A stretch of 59,473 nt of DNA, from the NCBI GenBank assembly GCA_964509455.1, contig CAZDXS010000157.1:1-59473 (forward strand), read 5' to 3'. Shown here in pieces: positions 19,452-30,109 of the stretch. This stretch comes from an uncultured Enterobacteriaceae bacterium. Lineage in GTDB: Bacteria; Pseudomonadota; Gammaproteobacteria; Eutrophobiales; Eutrophobiaceae. The position numbers and the translations under genes were made by a program. The notes below the pieces were generated by a model. The model saw nothing but the letters and a program-made list of their open reading frames with translations, did not search any database and had not been told where the DNA came from. How positions within the stretch are numbered: the stretch's first letter is position 1; the number at the start of each line of letters is the position of its first letter.

Positions 19452-20446
19452 TGCCAAGTTGGAATGAACTGCTAAATGAAATTCAGAATGCCGAAGGCCC
19501 ATACGATGCAATCCTCCGTAGGTATTTAGCCAAGCTTCATAAGGTAACCGGCCGCAACGTGATCGTTTATAGCTCGGGTTGGCTTCAAAAGGGGATGATG
19601 CCGGGGGTGGAGATCAATGATGATGACAAGAATGGTTTCATGGCCGCCATTCATAAAATGGACAGGGACAAGGGGCTGGACCTTATCCTGCATACGCCGG
19701 GTGGAGAGGTGGCGGCGGTCGAATCCATTGTCAACTACTTGCGGGCAATGTTCCGAACGGACATGCGGGCGATTATTCCACAATTGGCGATGTCCGGCGG
19801 CACGGTGATTGCTTGTGCCTGCAAGGAAATCATCATGGGGAAGCACTCCAGCCTGGGGCCGATTGACCCTCAGTTAAGGGGCATTCCGGCTCATGGCGTG
19901 ATTGAGGAATTTGAGCGCGCCAAAAAGGAGGTTAAAGCAAACCCCAGCACCATTCCGGTATGGCAAGCCATAATCAACAAATATCACCCCACCCTGATTG
20001 GAGAATGTGAGAAAGCAATCGCCTGGTCCACGGAGATGACCGAGGAATGGTTGCGCACGGGGATGTTCAAGGGAGAAAGCAATGTTGGCAAGAAGATTCA
20101 GGAAATACTTGATCAGCTGGGCGATCATGCCCTGACGAAGTCCCATGAACGACACCTGGCTTTTGATCGTTGTGTAGATATGGGCCTCAAGGTGAGCGCC
20201 CTGGAGGATGACGATGATCTCCAGGAGGCGGTGTTGTCGTTGCACCATGCGTGCATGCTCGCCTTTACTTACACCCCCGCTTTCAAAATTATTGAAAACC
20301 ACGATGGGGTGGCGTTCATTAAGAAGTTTACGCCAGCGCCGTCACTGCTAACCCGGGAGATGTCGGCCACATCCCAGGACCAGCCGCCGCCCATGCCGGA
20401 TGCCAGCGGAGCGCCGGCAAAAGAATCCGCAGGCCGCCAGGGTTAG
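19451..20446 (+). CDS. SDH_sah / S49 (ClpP-crotonase fold) serine peptidase
   Basis: LDLILHTPGG, PQLAMSGGTVIA, SSLGPIDPQ. Confidence 0.85.
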   Translation: MPSWNELLNEIQNAEGPYDAILRRYLAKLHKVTGRNVIVYSSGWLQKGMMPGVEINDDDKNGFMAAIHKMDRDKGLDLILHTPGGEVAAVESIVNYLRAMFRTDMRAIIPQLAMSGGTVIACACKEIIMGKHSSLGPIDPQLRGIPAHGVIEEFERAKKEVKANPSTIPVWQAIINKYHPTLIGECEKAIAWSTEMTEEWLRTGMFKGESNVGKKIQEILDQLGDHALTKSHERHLAFDRCVDMGLKVSALEDDDDLQEAVLSLHHACMLAFTYTPAFKIIENHDGVAFIKKFTPAPSLLTREMSATSQDQPPPMPDASGAPAKESAGRQG

Positions 20447-20779
20447 CAGGGCGCCAAAGACCTTTGAAGCACGGGAGTTTGCCAACGGCGCACCGGCGGC
20501 CAACCAGGCGCCGGCGTTGCGGCTCGCGGCGTTCTATCACTGGGCGCGGGGGACGGAAATCTTGGCCCGTTGCCTGTTGCGGGGAGGGCAGGCAACCCCG
20601 TTCAACTCGCTGGACAAGCATTTCGAAGCCGGCGTCAAGGCGGCGACTGCCGCCGGCGATGCCCGGCACGAAGTCATCCTGCGCTGGTTCTGCGCCGCGG
20701 CGCACATCATGGTCGCCGATTCATCCCGGCGGGCGCCGGGCGCCGTCAACTTGAACAGGGACGCGGCGCCGCCAACCCC

Positions 20780-23700
20780 ATGAGCTACCTGGCGGAAAGC
20801 GACGTAGAAAACACGGCGCTTGAATGGTTTGCGGGGCTTGGCTACGCCGTGTTGCACGGGCCGAACATCGCTCCAGACGGGGCGGCACAAGAGCGGGTCA
20901 GTTATGACCAGCCGCTGTTGGAAGGCCGCCTGCGCGCCGCCCTGGAGCGCCTCAATCCGCACTTGCCGCCCGCCGCGTTGGAGGAGGCGTTGCGCCGTTT
21001 GCAACAATCCGAAACGCCCTCCCTGGTCGAAGAAAACCGCCGCCTGCACGGCTTCCTGGTCGAGGGCGTTCCAGTGGAGACCCGGCGCAAGGACGGCAGC
21101 CTCGGCGGCGATGCGGTGCGTTTGCTGGACTACGAACGGGCGGACGCCAATGACTGGCTGGCGGTCAACCAATATACGATGATTGAAAACGGCAACAACC
21201 GCCGCCTCGACGTCGTGGTGTTCGTCAACGGCATGCCCCTGGCGGTCATCGAGCTCAAGAATCCCGGCGATGAACACGCCACGCTGGAAAGCGCTTTCAA
21301 CCAGTTGCGCACCTACCGGGACCAGGCGCCGTCGCTGTTTCGCACCAATGCCGCGCTGGTCATCTCGGACGGGGTAACAGCGCGCATCGGTTCGCTCACC
21401 GCGCCCCGCGAACGCTTCATGCCCTGGCGCACGGTGGCGGGAGAGGAGCCGGTCCCGGGCGCCGCGCCGGAGCTGGAAACGCTGGTGAGCGGCGTGTTCG
21501 AGAAGAGCCGCTTCCTGGCGTTGGTGCGGGGGTTCACGGTGTTTGCCGACAAGGATTCCGGCCCTGCCAGGATCCTGGCGGGCTATCACCAGTTCTTTGC
21601 CGTGCGCCGGGCGGTGGAAAGCACCGTGCGGGCGTCCGCCCCCGACGGCGACCGGCGCGTCGGCGTCATCTGGCATACCCAGGGCTCCGGCAAAAGCCTG
21701 CTCATGGTGTTCTACGCGGGGCAGGTCATCCGTTGCCCCGCCATGGAGAACCCCACCATCGTGGTGCTTACCGACCGCAACGACCTGGACAGCCAGCTGT
21801 TTGCGACGTTCTCCGCCTGCCGCGACCTGTTGCGCCAGACGCCGCATCAGGCGCAGGACCGGGAAGACCTGCGGCAGCGCCTGTCCCGTCCCTCCGGCGG
21901 CGTGATTTTCACCACCATTCAGAAGTTTGCGCCCGCCGCCGACGCCGCGGATTACCCCGCCATGACCGACCGCCGCAACGTGGTCGTGATTGCCGACGAG
22001 GCGCACCGCAGCCAGTACGGATTCAGGGCGAACGTGGACCACCGAACGGGGCGGGTCTCTTACGGCTTCGCCGGCTACCTGCGCGAGGCCCTGCCCGGGG
22101 CCTCGTTCATCGGTTTCACCGGCACGCCCATCGAGCATGACGATGCGAACACGCCCGCCGTCTTTGGCGACTACCTGGACGTGTACGACATCAACCGCGC
22201 GGTGGAGGACGAGATTACTGTCCCCATCTACTACGAGAGCCGTCTCGTCCGCATCGACCTGAGCGAGACCGAGATGCCGCGTCTTGACGAGGACATCGCC
22301 CGGGTCATGGAAGGAGACGTGGAGGTTGCCGGCGCGGGCGACCATCCCGAGGCCGCCGCCTCCCAGGGCGTTGAGTACGAGCCGCCTCCTTACCAGGAGG
22401 ACGGCGCCGGCCAGGCTGAGTTGGCGGAGGAGGAGCAGGAAAGATTGACGCGCAAGTGGACGCGGGTCGAGGCCGTGGTGGGCGCCGAGAAGCGCCTCGC
22501 CATGATTGCGGAAGACCTGGTTCAGCACTTCGAGGACCGGTTGGCGGGCATGGACGGCAAGGCCATGGTCGTGTGCATGAGCCGCCGCATCTGCGTCGCC
22601 CTGTATGAGCAGATTACCAAGTTGCGCCCCGGCTGGCACAGCGATGACGACAACGCCGGGGAGATCAAGGTGGTGATGACCGGTGCGCCGTCCGACCCGG
22701 CGGAGTGGCAAGCGCACGTCGGCGGCAAGGGCCGCCGGGAATTGCTGGCGCGGCGCATTCGGGACCATGAAGACCCGCTGCGGCTGGCGCTGGTCCGGGA
22801 CATGTGGTTGACCGGCTTTGACGCGCCCTGCGTGCACACGATGTATGTTGACAAGTACATGGGCGGGCACAACCTCATGCAAGCCATTGCCCGCGTGAAC
22901 CGGGTCCATCAAGACAAGCCGGGCGGGCTGATCGTGGACTACATCGGCATTGCCCAGAAGCTTAAATCCGCGCTGGGGGAGTATTCCCACGCGGACCGGC
23001 AACATGCGGGCATAGATGAGGCGGAAGCCGTTCGGGTGTTGCAAGAGAAGTACGAAACCGTGTGCGCCATGTTCCACGGGTTTGATTACCAGGCGGCCTT
23101 GTCCGGCTCGCCGCAGGAGCGCCTGGCGACCCTGGCGGAAGCGATGGAGTGGATCCTGGCCATGCAACGGCGCGACACGGCGGCGGCGGAGTCCGCCGCG
23201 GACAAGAAGCGGGCGCGGCGCCGGTTCGATGATGCGGTGCTGGCCCTTTCCAAGGCTTTCGCCTTGGCGGCCGCTAGCGACCTGGCGCGGCAAATCCGGG
23301 ACGAAGTCGGGTTCTTCCAGGCCGTGCGCGCGGCCCTTGCCAAGACCCGGATGATGGCGGACGCGGCCACCGCCGAGCAGGAGTTTGCGATTCAGCAACT
23401 GGTCAGCCGCGCCGTCATCTCCACCGACATTGTTGACATTCTCAATGCGGATGGACTGAAAACGCCGAATGTCTCCATTCTTTCCGACGAGTTCTTGGCG
23501 GAGGTGCGCGACATGGAGAAAAAGAACCTGGCCCTGGCGGTGTTGCACAAGCTGCTCAACGACGCCATTCGCTCCCGCAGCCAGGAAAACGTGGCGCAAT
23601 CGCAGGCTTTTTCCGAGCGGCTGAGAGAGTCCGTTGCCCGTTACTACCTGAATGCCGCCACGGCGGCGGAGGTGATCCAGGAGTTGATCAACTTGGCCAA

Positions 23701-24025
23701 GGATATTCGCGCCGCCCACCAGCGCGGCGAGGAAGAGGGCCTCAGCCAGGAGGAAATCGCCTTTTATGACGCCCTGGCGCAGAATGAAAGCGCAGTGGAG
23801 GTGATGGGCAACGAGCAGCTTTGCGTCATTGCCCAAGAGTTGCTGAACAGCCTGAAAGCCAACGTGCCCGTCGACTGGCAACACCGGGAAGCCGCCCGCG
23901 CCGAAATGCGGGTGCGGGTGAAGCGCATCTTGAAAAAGCACGGCTATCCGCCGGACCTGCAAGATGCCGCGGTGCAGACGGTGTTGCAACAGGCCGAGGC
24001 GTTGGCCGCGCGCTGGGCCGCTTGA
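20780..24025 (+). CDS. hsdR: Type I restriction enzyme R subunit
   Basis: [18 protein letters not shown] nuclease motif; [39 protein letters not shown]; ATG at 20780. Confidence 0.96.
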   Translation: MSYLAESDVENTALEWFAGLGYAVLHGPNIAPDGAAQERVSYDQPLLEGRLRAALERLNPHLPPAALEEALRRLQQSETPSLVEENRRLHGFLVEGVPVETRRKDGSLGGDAVRLLDYERADANDWLAVNQYTMIENGNNRRLDVVVFVNGMPLAVIELKNPGDEHATLESAFNQLRTYRDQAPSLFRTNAALVISDGVTARIGSLTAPRERFMPWRTVAGEEPVPGAAPELETLVSGVFEKSRFLALVRGFTVFADKDSGPARILAGYHQFFAVRRAVESTVRASAPDGDRRVGVIWHTQGSGKSLLMVFYAGQVIRCPAMENPTIVVLTDRNDLDSQLFATFSACRDLLRQTPHQAQDREDLRQRLSRPSGGVIFTTIQKFAPAADAADYPAMTDRRNVVVIADEAHRSQYGFRANVDHRTGRVSYGFAGYLREALPGASFIGFTGTPIEHDDANTPAVFGDYLDVYDINRAVEDEITVPIYYESRLVRIDLSETEMPRLDEDIARVMEGDVEVAGAGDHPEAAASQGVEYEPPPYQEDGAGQAELAEEEQERLTRKWTRVEAVVGAEKRLAMIAEDLVQHFEDRLAGMDGKAMVVCMSRRICVALYEQITKLRPGWHSDDDNAGEIKVVMTGAPSDPAEWQAHVGGKGRRELLARRIRDHEDPLRLALVRDMWLTGFDAPCVHTMYVDKYMGGHNLMQAIARVNRVHQDKPGGLIVDYIGIAQKLKSALGEYSHADRQHAGIDEAEAVRVLQEKYETVCAMFHGFDYQAALSGSPQERLATLAEAMEWILAMQRRDTAAAESAADKKRARRRFDDAVLALSKAFALAAASDLARQIRDEVGFFQAVRAALAKTRMMADAATAEQEFAIQQLVSRAVISTDIVDILNADGLKTPNVSILSDEFLAEVRDMEKKNLALAVLHKLLNDAIRSRSQENVAQSQAFSERLRESVARYYLNAATAAEVIQELINLAKDIRAAHQRGEEEGLSQEEIAFYDALAQNESAVEVMGNEQLCVIAQELLNSLKANVPVDWQHREAARAEMRVRVKRILKKHGYPPDLQDAAVQTVLQQAEALAARWAA

Positions 24026-24246
24026 CTGCGGCTCGCGCCCGCTTGAACCGTTCCCCGGCCTCCGCCCGATAAATTTGCATCGGGGCGCCTTACGGGGTAT
24101 CATCCAGAGTGGAAATTACGCCCGCGCGCGGTGCGCGGCCGCCATTGGGAGCAACTGGGAAGCCATCGCGCATCGGCGGGTGCGCGGCGGCGCCGGGGTT
24201 GCGAGAATGGCGGGGATTTGTTCAACAGAGAATAGGAGAACGGAAA

Positions 24247-25938
24247 ATGCGCCTGACGCAGGTGGACATCAAAAACTTTCGCGGCATCAATGAATTATCG
24301 CTGAATCTCAATGAGTTGTGCGTCTTGATTGGGGAAAACAACGCCGGCAAGTCGTCGGTGCTGGACGCCGTACGCTGTTGTCTGGCGGGCTCCTTGTCTT
24401 TCGCTGACTACGACTACCACCTGGCGGAACCGGGCGCCGACCCGACCACGGCCGCGCCCATTAAAATCACGCTGACTTTCGCCGAGAGTGCGTTGGAGAG
24501 GTGGCCGGACGACACCGATCAAGCCCTTGTTGGCGTTGTGCAATTTGATGAGGATGACTTGCGGGTTGTTGCCCTGCAGGCAACAAGTCAATACAGTGCC
24601 GGGGCCAATGACCATGTTCCCAAACATGAGTTTTTGGATCTGAACGGGAAGCCGTTGTCTCCAACAAAAAGCCGCGGAGCGTTAGGCGTTCTTCGCCGCA
24701 ACGTTCCGGTTTTTCATCTTTCGGCCCTGCGCGACGCCGTCCAGGCGTTTCACCCAGAGTCACCGTTCTGGGGGCCGTTCGTCAAGTCCCTGGAGCTGGA
24801 TGACGAGAGCCGCGCGGAACTCGAGAAAGCACTGCTCGCCCTGAATGACAAGATCATGGAGGGACACAAGGCTTTCGGCAAAGTGAGGGCGGGCCTGGGC
24901 GAGGCAGCAAAAATTCTGCCCCACGGGGACGCAACCCCGGTCTTGATCAATGCGCTCCCGTCCAGGGTTTTTGACCTTTTGTCCCGCACCCAGGTTACTC
25001 TTGCTTCCCAGACCGGCGCCCACATTCCCCTGGCCCGACATGGCGGCGGCACGCAAAGCGTTGCCGTCCTCTGCCTGTTTGACGCCTTTTTGCGAAGTTA
25101 CCTGAAAGCCAGGTACGGGGAGCATGCGGCGCCCATCTTGGCGCTGGAGGAGCCAGAAGCGCACTTGCATCCGGCGGCGGCCGCGGCAACCGGCAAAATG
25201 TTGCGGGCCATGTCCGGGCAAAAGCTCATATCCACCCATTCCGGCGACTTGTTGGCGAGCGTCCCGTTCCGCAACATTCGCAGGCTGCGGCGGCGCAACG
25301 GCAAAATCACCGCGCACCAGCCCTATGACGAGTTCACCGCCGCTGAACGCAAGCGGCTGGACTACCACATACGCGCCACCCGGGGCAGCCTGTTGTTCTC
25401 CCGTTGCTGGTTGCTGGTCGAAGGGGAGACGGAGGCGCTGTTGCTGGCCGGTTGCGCCCGCGCCCTGGGGTGCGACCTGTATGCGGACGGCGTCTCGTGC
25501 GTGGAGTTCAGCAAGAACCTGGCCGTTGACCAGTTCATCCGGCTGGCCGACAGCCTGGGCATTGAATGGTTCTTGTTTGTCGACGGCGACGACAGCGGGA
25601 AGAGATACGCCAGGGCCGCCCAGCGCCGCCTGCAGGACCGTGAACGGGATGGGCATATTCGCGCACATGACCATGCGAGCATCGAACTCTTGCTGTGCCG
25701 CGCAGGCTACGGCGACGTGTACCAGGCGTCCATCGCGGCCCAGAAGCGGGACAGCATCACCGCCGCGGCGGGAACGCCCGATTATTGGAGCCAGGTGCTG
25801 GCGGCCCAGGGAACCTCGAAGCCGCGCAATGCCCTGCGGGTGGCGGAGAAGATTGCCGCCGGGGGAGAAAGCGGCGTGCCCGCGGTTCTGCACGAGGTCA
25901 TAGAGCGGGTGCGAGAGCAGGCAAGGGGGGCGGGGTAG
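24247..25938 (+). CDS. OLD-family ABC-ATPase/TOPRIM nuclease (GajA-like)
   Basis: GENNAGKS, GGGTQS, LEEPEAHLHP, STHS; TOPRIM LVEGETE and DGD. Confidence 0.9.
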   Translation: MRLTQVDIKNFRGINELSLNLNELCVLIGENNAGKSSVLDAVRCCLAGSLSFADYDYHLAEPGADPTTAAPIKITLTFAESALERWPDDTDQALVGVVQFDEDDLRVVALQATSQYSAGANDHVPKHEFLDLNGKPLSPTKSRGALGVLRRNVPVFHLSALRDAVQAFHPESPFWGPFVKSLELDDESRAELEKALLALNDKIMEGHKAFGKVRAGLGEAAKILPHGDATPVLINALPSRVFDLLSRTQVTLASQTGAHIPLARHGGGTQSVAVLCLFDAFLRSYLKARYGEHAAPILALEEPEAHLHPAAAAATGKMLRAMSGQKLISTHSGDLLASVPFRNIRRLRRRNGKITAHQPYDEFTAAERKRLDYHIRATRGSLLFSRCWLLVEGETEALLLAGCARALGCDLYADGVSCVEFSKNLAVDQFIRLADSLGIEWFLFVDGDDSGKRYARAAQRRLQDRERDGHIRAHDHASIELLLCRAGYGDVYQASIAAQKRDSITAAAGTPDYWSQVLAAQGTSKPRNALRVAEKIAAGGESGVPAVLHEVIERVREQARGAG

Positions 25939-26009
25939 TGGTTGCGGACGCCGGCGTCGCCGACGGTGCTTCCCCCGGCAGGGCGACCCCCACAAGGAGA
26001 CGCAGGGCG

Positions 26010-27935
26010 ATGGTGGATGTGTCCGATTTCAGCGGCGGCCAGCGCCGGGCGGTTGAATGGCAGGACGGGCCGTTGCTGGTTCGGGGCGGCCCCGGCGCCG
26101 GCAAGACGCGCGTTCTTGTCTACCGGATAGCGCGCCTGATTCTCGACAAGCCCAGGGATAACTTCCGGGTGTTGGCCCTGTCCGCCACCGGCCAGGCCGT
26201 TGCGGAGATGAAAAAGCGTTTTATGGAGTCAGCGCCTGACTACGACAGGTTGTATTCCCTCTATGACCAGCGGGTGGAATTTGAGACGTTCCACTCGTTC
26301 CTCGCGGGGCTCTTGCGCTCCTATGGACACCATATCGGCCTTGCCTGGAGGAAGCTCACCATGCTTACCCGGGACACGGACCGGCATGGGTTGCTCGATG
26401 AGGCGATGAAACGGGCAGGGGCCTTTCAGCCCAGCGAGAAAATGTTGCCGCTGGTTGCCTGGTTGACCGAGAGGGACATTGCCCCAGGCGATGCCCTGCC
26501 TGCGCTGCGGGAAGCATCTGTTGAAAACCCCGAAGCGCCGGCGGCCGTTTACCAGCAGTACCGGGCCCTGATGATGGAACGACAATGCCTGGACTCCTGC
26601 GGCGCCATGGCCGAGGGGCTGGCCGTGTTGGATTCCCGCTCCGGCTTTGTCGGCAAGCACATGCGGGTGGTCTATCCCTACATCTGCGTGGATGAGTTCC
26701 AGGACGTCAGCTTCTTGCAGTACCAGGCGCTTTGCCGGCTTGTCAGTCCGGACACGAAGAACATTTTCATGACCACGGACGGGCGGCCCCTGCCCGCATG
26801 GAACGGCGCATACCCGGCGCGGCGGGACGCCCCGCCAGGCCCTTTCGACGCGGAGCTGTTGCAACTGCCGGAGAACCACGAATGTCCGCCCAAGGTTGTG
26901 GGACTGGCGCACCGTCTCGTGGTCCGCAACCCGGGCGGGGTTGCTGAAAAAGGCGTTCCCGAAGCGGGCCGAAAAGAGCCTGCCCCCGTCGTTCACTGCC
27001 AGGGATTTGACGACTTTGCCGGAGAGGCGGACTGGGTGGCGCAACACATCGCCGCGCGGGACCGCGCCGCCCAAGCCCGGTGCGTGGTGCTGGCGCGCAC
27101 CCGGCGGCTCATCGAGCAGGTTCCCGCGGCCCTTGGCGCCCACGGCCTTGACGGCTGCCTCGCCCCGCACCGGGAACCGTTTGACAGCGCACCCCTGCGC
27201 TGGCTTCACGCCGTTCTGCGACTGGCGCACTCGCGAAACCGCCGCGAGTATTTGCGGCGAGTCTGCGATGCGTTTTCCATGATCGAGGGCGTCCGGGTCG
27301 ATGTTGAAGATGTCGCAACCCACGCCGCCGTCGGCGACGGCGACTGCCTGCGCAGCTGGACGGAGGCGGCGCTGAGGCAGAACCTCAGTAAAAGGAGCCG
27401 CGACCTGCTGGAGCAATCGCTGGCGCCGAAGCTGGTCGACAGGCTGGAGGCGCTGGGCTTCGAGGAAGACGCCGCCCAGTGGCTGGATGCCCTCCCCGGC
27501 GCTGCCCCGAATGACGCGGACAGGCTTGCCGCGTACGAGGAAGAGAAAGAAATCTGGAAGCAACTGATGAGCGAAATCATCGCGCAACACGACCGGCGGG
27601 AGATAACCCTGCGCCTGTTGTTGCGGGAGCTGGACCTGCGCTTTTCGTCCCCGGAGCCGCCGCCGGGCGCCGTCCCCTGTCTCACCATTGACGAGGCCCG
27701 GGGCATGGCGTTTGACCACGTCTATCTCGTGGGCATGGTCGAAGAGCAGTTGCCGCACTGGGACGCAATCCAGCAAGGGGACGACAGCCGCGAGATGGAA
27801 GAAGAGCGCCGCAGTTGTTTTGCGGCCGTCACCCGCACCCAGGAAACGCTGACCCTGACGTACTCGGGCAACGTGCTTGGGCGCCCGCGCCGGCCGTCCC
27901 GGTTCCTCTACGAGATGGGGTTGCTGGAGGATTGA
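26010..27935 (+). CDS. UvrD/Rep-family helicase (GajB-like) with degenerate motifs; alternative GTG start at 25938
   Basis: GGPGAGKT and DEFQD intact; motifs III-VI diverged; immediately downstream of the OLD nuclease. Confidence 0.85.
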   Translation: MVDVSDFSGGQRRAVEWQDGPLLVRGGPGAGKTRVLVYRIARLILDKPRDNFRVLALSATGQAVAEMKKRFMESAPDYDRLYSLYDQRVEFETFHSFLAGLLRSYGHHIGLAWRKLTMLTRDTDRHGLLDEAMKRAGAFQPSEKMLPLVAWLTERDIAPGDALPALREASVENPEAPAAVYQQYRALMMERQCLDSCGAMAEGLAVLDSRSGFVGKHMRVVYPYICVDEFQDVSFLQYQALCRLVSPDTKNIFMTTDGRPLPAWNGAYPARRDAPPGPFDAELLQLPENHECPPKVVGLAHRLVVRNPGGVAEKGVPEAGRKEPAPVVHCQGFDDFAGEADWVAQHIAARDRAAQARCVVLARTRRLIEQVPAALGAHGLDGCLAPHREPFDSAPLRWLHAVLRLAHSRNRREYLRRVCDAFSMIEGVRVDVEDVATHAAVGDGDCLRSWTEAALRQNLSKRSRDLLEQSLAPKLVDRLEALGFEEDAAQWLDALPGAAPNDADRLAAYEEEKEIWKQLMSEIIAQHDRREITLRLLLRELDLRFSSPEPPPGAVPCLTIDEARGMAFDHVYLVGMVEEQLPHWDAIQQGDDSREMEEERRSCFAAVTRTQETLTLTYSGNVLGRPRRPSRFLYEMGLLED

Positions 27936-28011
27936 TCATGCGCCGGAAGACGAAGCCGATGAAATTCGCCCAGAAGACGCCCGGTCGTCCATGGGCGAGG
28001 AGGTCTCGAGC

Positions 28012-29049
28012 ATGACCGACGACAACCACGCCAACGGCGAGGTCCTGCTCTACGTCACCAAGGATGGGCGGGCCCGCGTGGAATGCCGCTTTCAGGACGA
28101 GACGATTTGGTTGTCGCAGGTCCTGATGGCGGAGTTGTTTGACCGGGATGTGCGCACCATCAATGGGCATTTGCAGAATCTGTTCGAGGAGGAGGAATTG
28201 TCTCCTCGGGCAACCATCCGGAAATTCCAGATAGTTCGCCAGGAAGGGGGCCGCCGGGTCGCCCGCACCATTGAGCATTACAACCTGGAGGCCGTTCTGG
28301 CGGTGGGCTTTCGGGTGCGCTCCCCTCGCGGGACCCAGTTCCGGCGCTGGGCCAATGAACAACTTCGGGAATACCTGCATAAGGGCTTCGTGTTGGATGA
28401 CGAACGGCTCAAGAACCCCGCCGTTCCCGGCGCATCCCCGATTCCTGACTATTTCGACGAGCTGCTCGAGCGCATCCGCGACATTCGCGCCAGCGAGCGG
28501 CGGATGTACCTGCGCGTGCGGGAAATTTTCGCACTGGCCGCCGATTATGATCCGGTGGACGCTGAAACCGCGCGGTTCTTTCGTTTCATCCAGAACAAAC
28601 TGCACTTTGCCGCTACCGGCCGAACCGCCGTCGAGATAATTGCCGAGCGCGCCGATGCGTCCCAGGCAAACATGGGGCTCGCCACTTGGAAAGGAGAGGT
28701 CGTGTGCAAGGGCGACATCACCATCGCCAAAAACTACCTGAACGAAAATGAAATCAGCGAGTTGAACCGCATTGTCGTCATGTGGCTGGATTTTGCCGAA
28801 GACCAAGCCCGGCGCCGCAAACAAGTGTTTCTTGCCCAGTGGCAGGAAAAACTGGACGACTTTCTTCGCTTCAACGAGCGGGACGTCCTGCCCGATGCCG
28901 GCAGGGTCAAGAAGCAGGACTCCGACGAAAAAGCGAACGCTGAGTATGCCGTCTATGCCGAGCGCCGCCGGCAGGCGTTGGAAAAAACGGGAGCGCAGGA
29001 GAGCGTCAAGCAACTGGAGGACCTGGCGCGCCGCGCGTCAAAAAAATGA
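28012..29049 (+). CDS. RhuM-family (virulence RhuM) DNA-binding protein
   Basis: DETIWLSQ, YNLEAVLAVGFRVRS, GFVLDDERLK, IRDIRASERR, AKNYL; GAGGAGG before ATG 28012. Confidence 0.92.
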   Translation: MTDDNHANGEVLLYVTKDGRARVECRFQDETIWLSQVLMAELFDRDVRTINGHLQNLFEEEELSPRATIRKFQIVRQEGGRRVARTIEHYNLEAVLAVGFRVRSPRGTQFRRWANEQLREYLHKGFVLDDERLKNPAVPGASPIPDYFDELLERIRDIRASERRMYLRVREIFALAADYDPVDAETARFFRFIQNKLHFAATGRTAVEIIAERADASQANMGLATWKGEVVCKGDITIAKNYLNENEISELNRIVVMWLDFAEDQARRRKQVFLAQWQEKLDDFLRFNERDVLPDAGRVKKQDSDEKANAEYAVYAERRRQALEKTGAQESVKQLEDLARRASKK

Positions 29050-29075
29050 GCCGCGAAAGCCCGCCCTTAGGTCGC

Positions 29076-29184
29076 GGGCAACTCAGGAATTTCCTGAGTT
29101 CACCTGCCGGGCGCCCGACGCTGGATTTAAGCAAGCGCCGGCCCTAGTTGCGGGCAACTATTAGGAAATTCCTAATAGTTGCCC
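29076..29184. repeat. Two related perfect palindromes (21 bp at 29080-29100; 33 bp at 29152-29184) between convergent genes
   Basis: AACTCAGGAA-T-TTCCTGAGTT and GGGCAACTATTAGGAA-A-TTCCTAATAGTTGCCC. Confidence 0.9.
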
Positions 29185-29233
29185 AAGGAAGGGGGGCGCC
29201 CGGCGTTGCTCCCGTAGCGACTGTCGTTGCCGC

Positions 29234-30055
29234 CTAAATCGGCAATTGCTCCAGCCACGGGATGAAGTCGGGGTCGGGCTTCTCCTCGACGTGATGATTG
29301 TGCCAAAGCAGGGAGTTCCGTACGGCGGCGCGGCCGCTGTGGTTGCCCAGCCACTGCGGATAGGACGGCGGCGGCGCATCATGGTATGCCGACAGCAACG
29401 CGATGCTGTTGCGCTTCAGGTAGCCGCGCTTGCTGTCGGGCCCCGGCGCATCGTCAATGCCGACCACCGCGAAAGGCAACTTGCCGATGTACTCGGAGAC
29501 CAGGCGCTCCAGCGGTAACTCCCGCTCTTCCAGAACGGCGCGGTCCATGCCCAGCGCCCTGGCGGCGCTTCCCGGGTCTGATTTAACCCCCCAGGATTCT
29601 ACGCATTCGTGGTCGCCGCGCCCCATCAGTGCATCCCCCACCAGCAAGCGAAAAATGGAGCCTCGATGGTTGCCGCCGCCGGACCTGCGGCTCCCCCGAT
29701 GTTGCGACAGGCGGCCCCACAACGTGGACTTTGCGTCGGCTTTCAAGGCATGCGTTCCCACGCGCACAACGCGGGAGCAGTCCGGCTCCCAGAAGAAATA
29801 CACGCCGCGCCGCGGCAACCCCATTCCGCCGTCGGCATCCGCCAGGTAGCGATAACCGTACTGGGCCTCGACCAAGCGCTCCAGCCAGCGGTAGAACCGC
29901 TCCCGCCATTGGCGGAGTTGCTCCCGCTCAGTCGTCACGAGCGCGGGTGGTGCGACTGGTTTGCAACCAACCAAGCGTTTTAGCCATTGGCGGAACCGCT
30001 TCCACCATTGGCAACGTTGCTTCCGCCCAGTTGTCACTGGCGCGGGCGGCACCAC
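29234..30055 (-). CDS. GIY-YIG-like protein, paralogue 2 (E-to-K at the predicted metal ligand)
   Basis: GVYFFW...RVVRVG...LWGRLSQH; YLKRNSIALL; closely similar to the adjacent paralogue. Confidence 0.6.
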   Translation of the reverse strand: MVPPAPVTTGRKQRCQWWKRFRQWLKRLVGCKPVAPPALVTTEREQLRQWRERFYRWLERLVEAQYGYRYLADADGGMGLPRRGVYFFWEPDCSRVVRVGTHALKADAKSTLWGRLSQHRGSRRSGGGNHRGSIFRLLVGDALMGRGDHECVESWGVKSDPGSAARALGMDRAVLEERELPLERLVSEYIGKLPFAVVGIDDAPGPDSKRGYLKRNSIALLSAYHDAPPPSYPQWLGNHSGRAAVRNSLLWHNHHVEEKPDPDFIPWLEQLPI

Positions 30056-30109
30056 CTTGCTACGAGGTCTGACAACGGTTTTCGTCCTCGCACCCGAACT
30101 TCTTGTCGC

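Noticed and set aside
12990-20450. Integron cassette array
   Set aside because: Cargo genes look cassette-like, but I found no RYYYAAC...GTTRRRY attC pairs after the stops (CGCTAAC at the cdnE stop does not fit) and no intI
20537-24103. 1188-aa minus-strand ORF
   Set aside because: Antisense shadow of hsdR, typical of high-GC coding DNA; no motifs. The same applies to 6586-8823, 48111-49925 and similar long antisense ORFs
29076-29184. dif/XerCD site
   Set aside because: No match to XerC/XerD arms with a 6-bp spacer; kept only as unexplained palindromes
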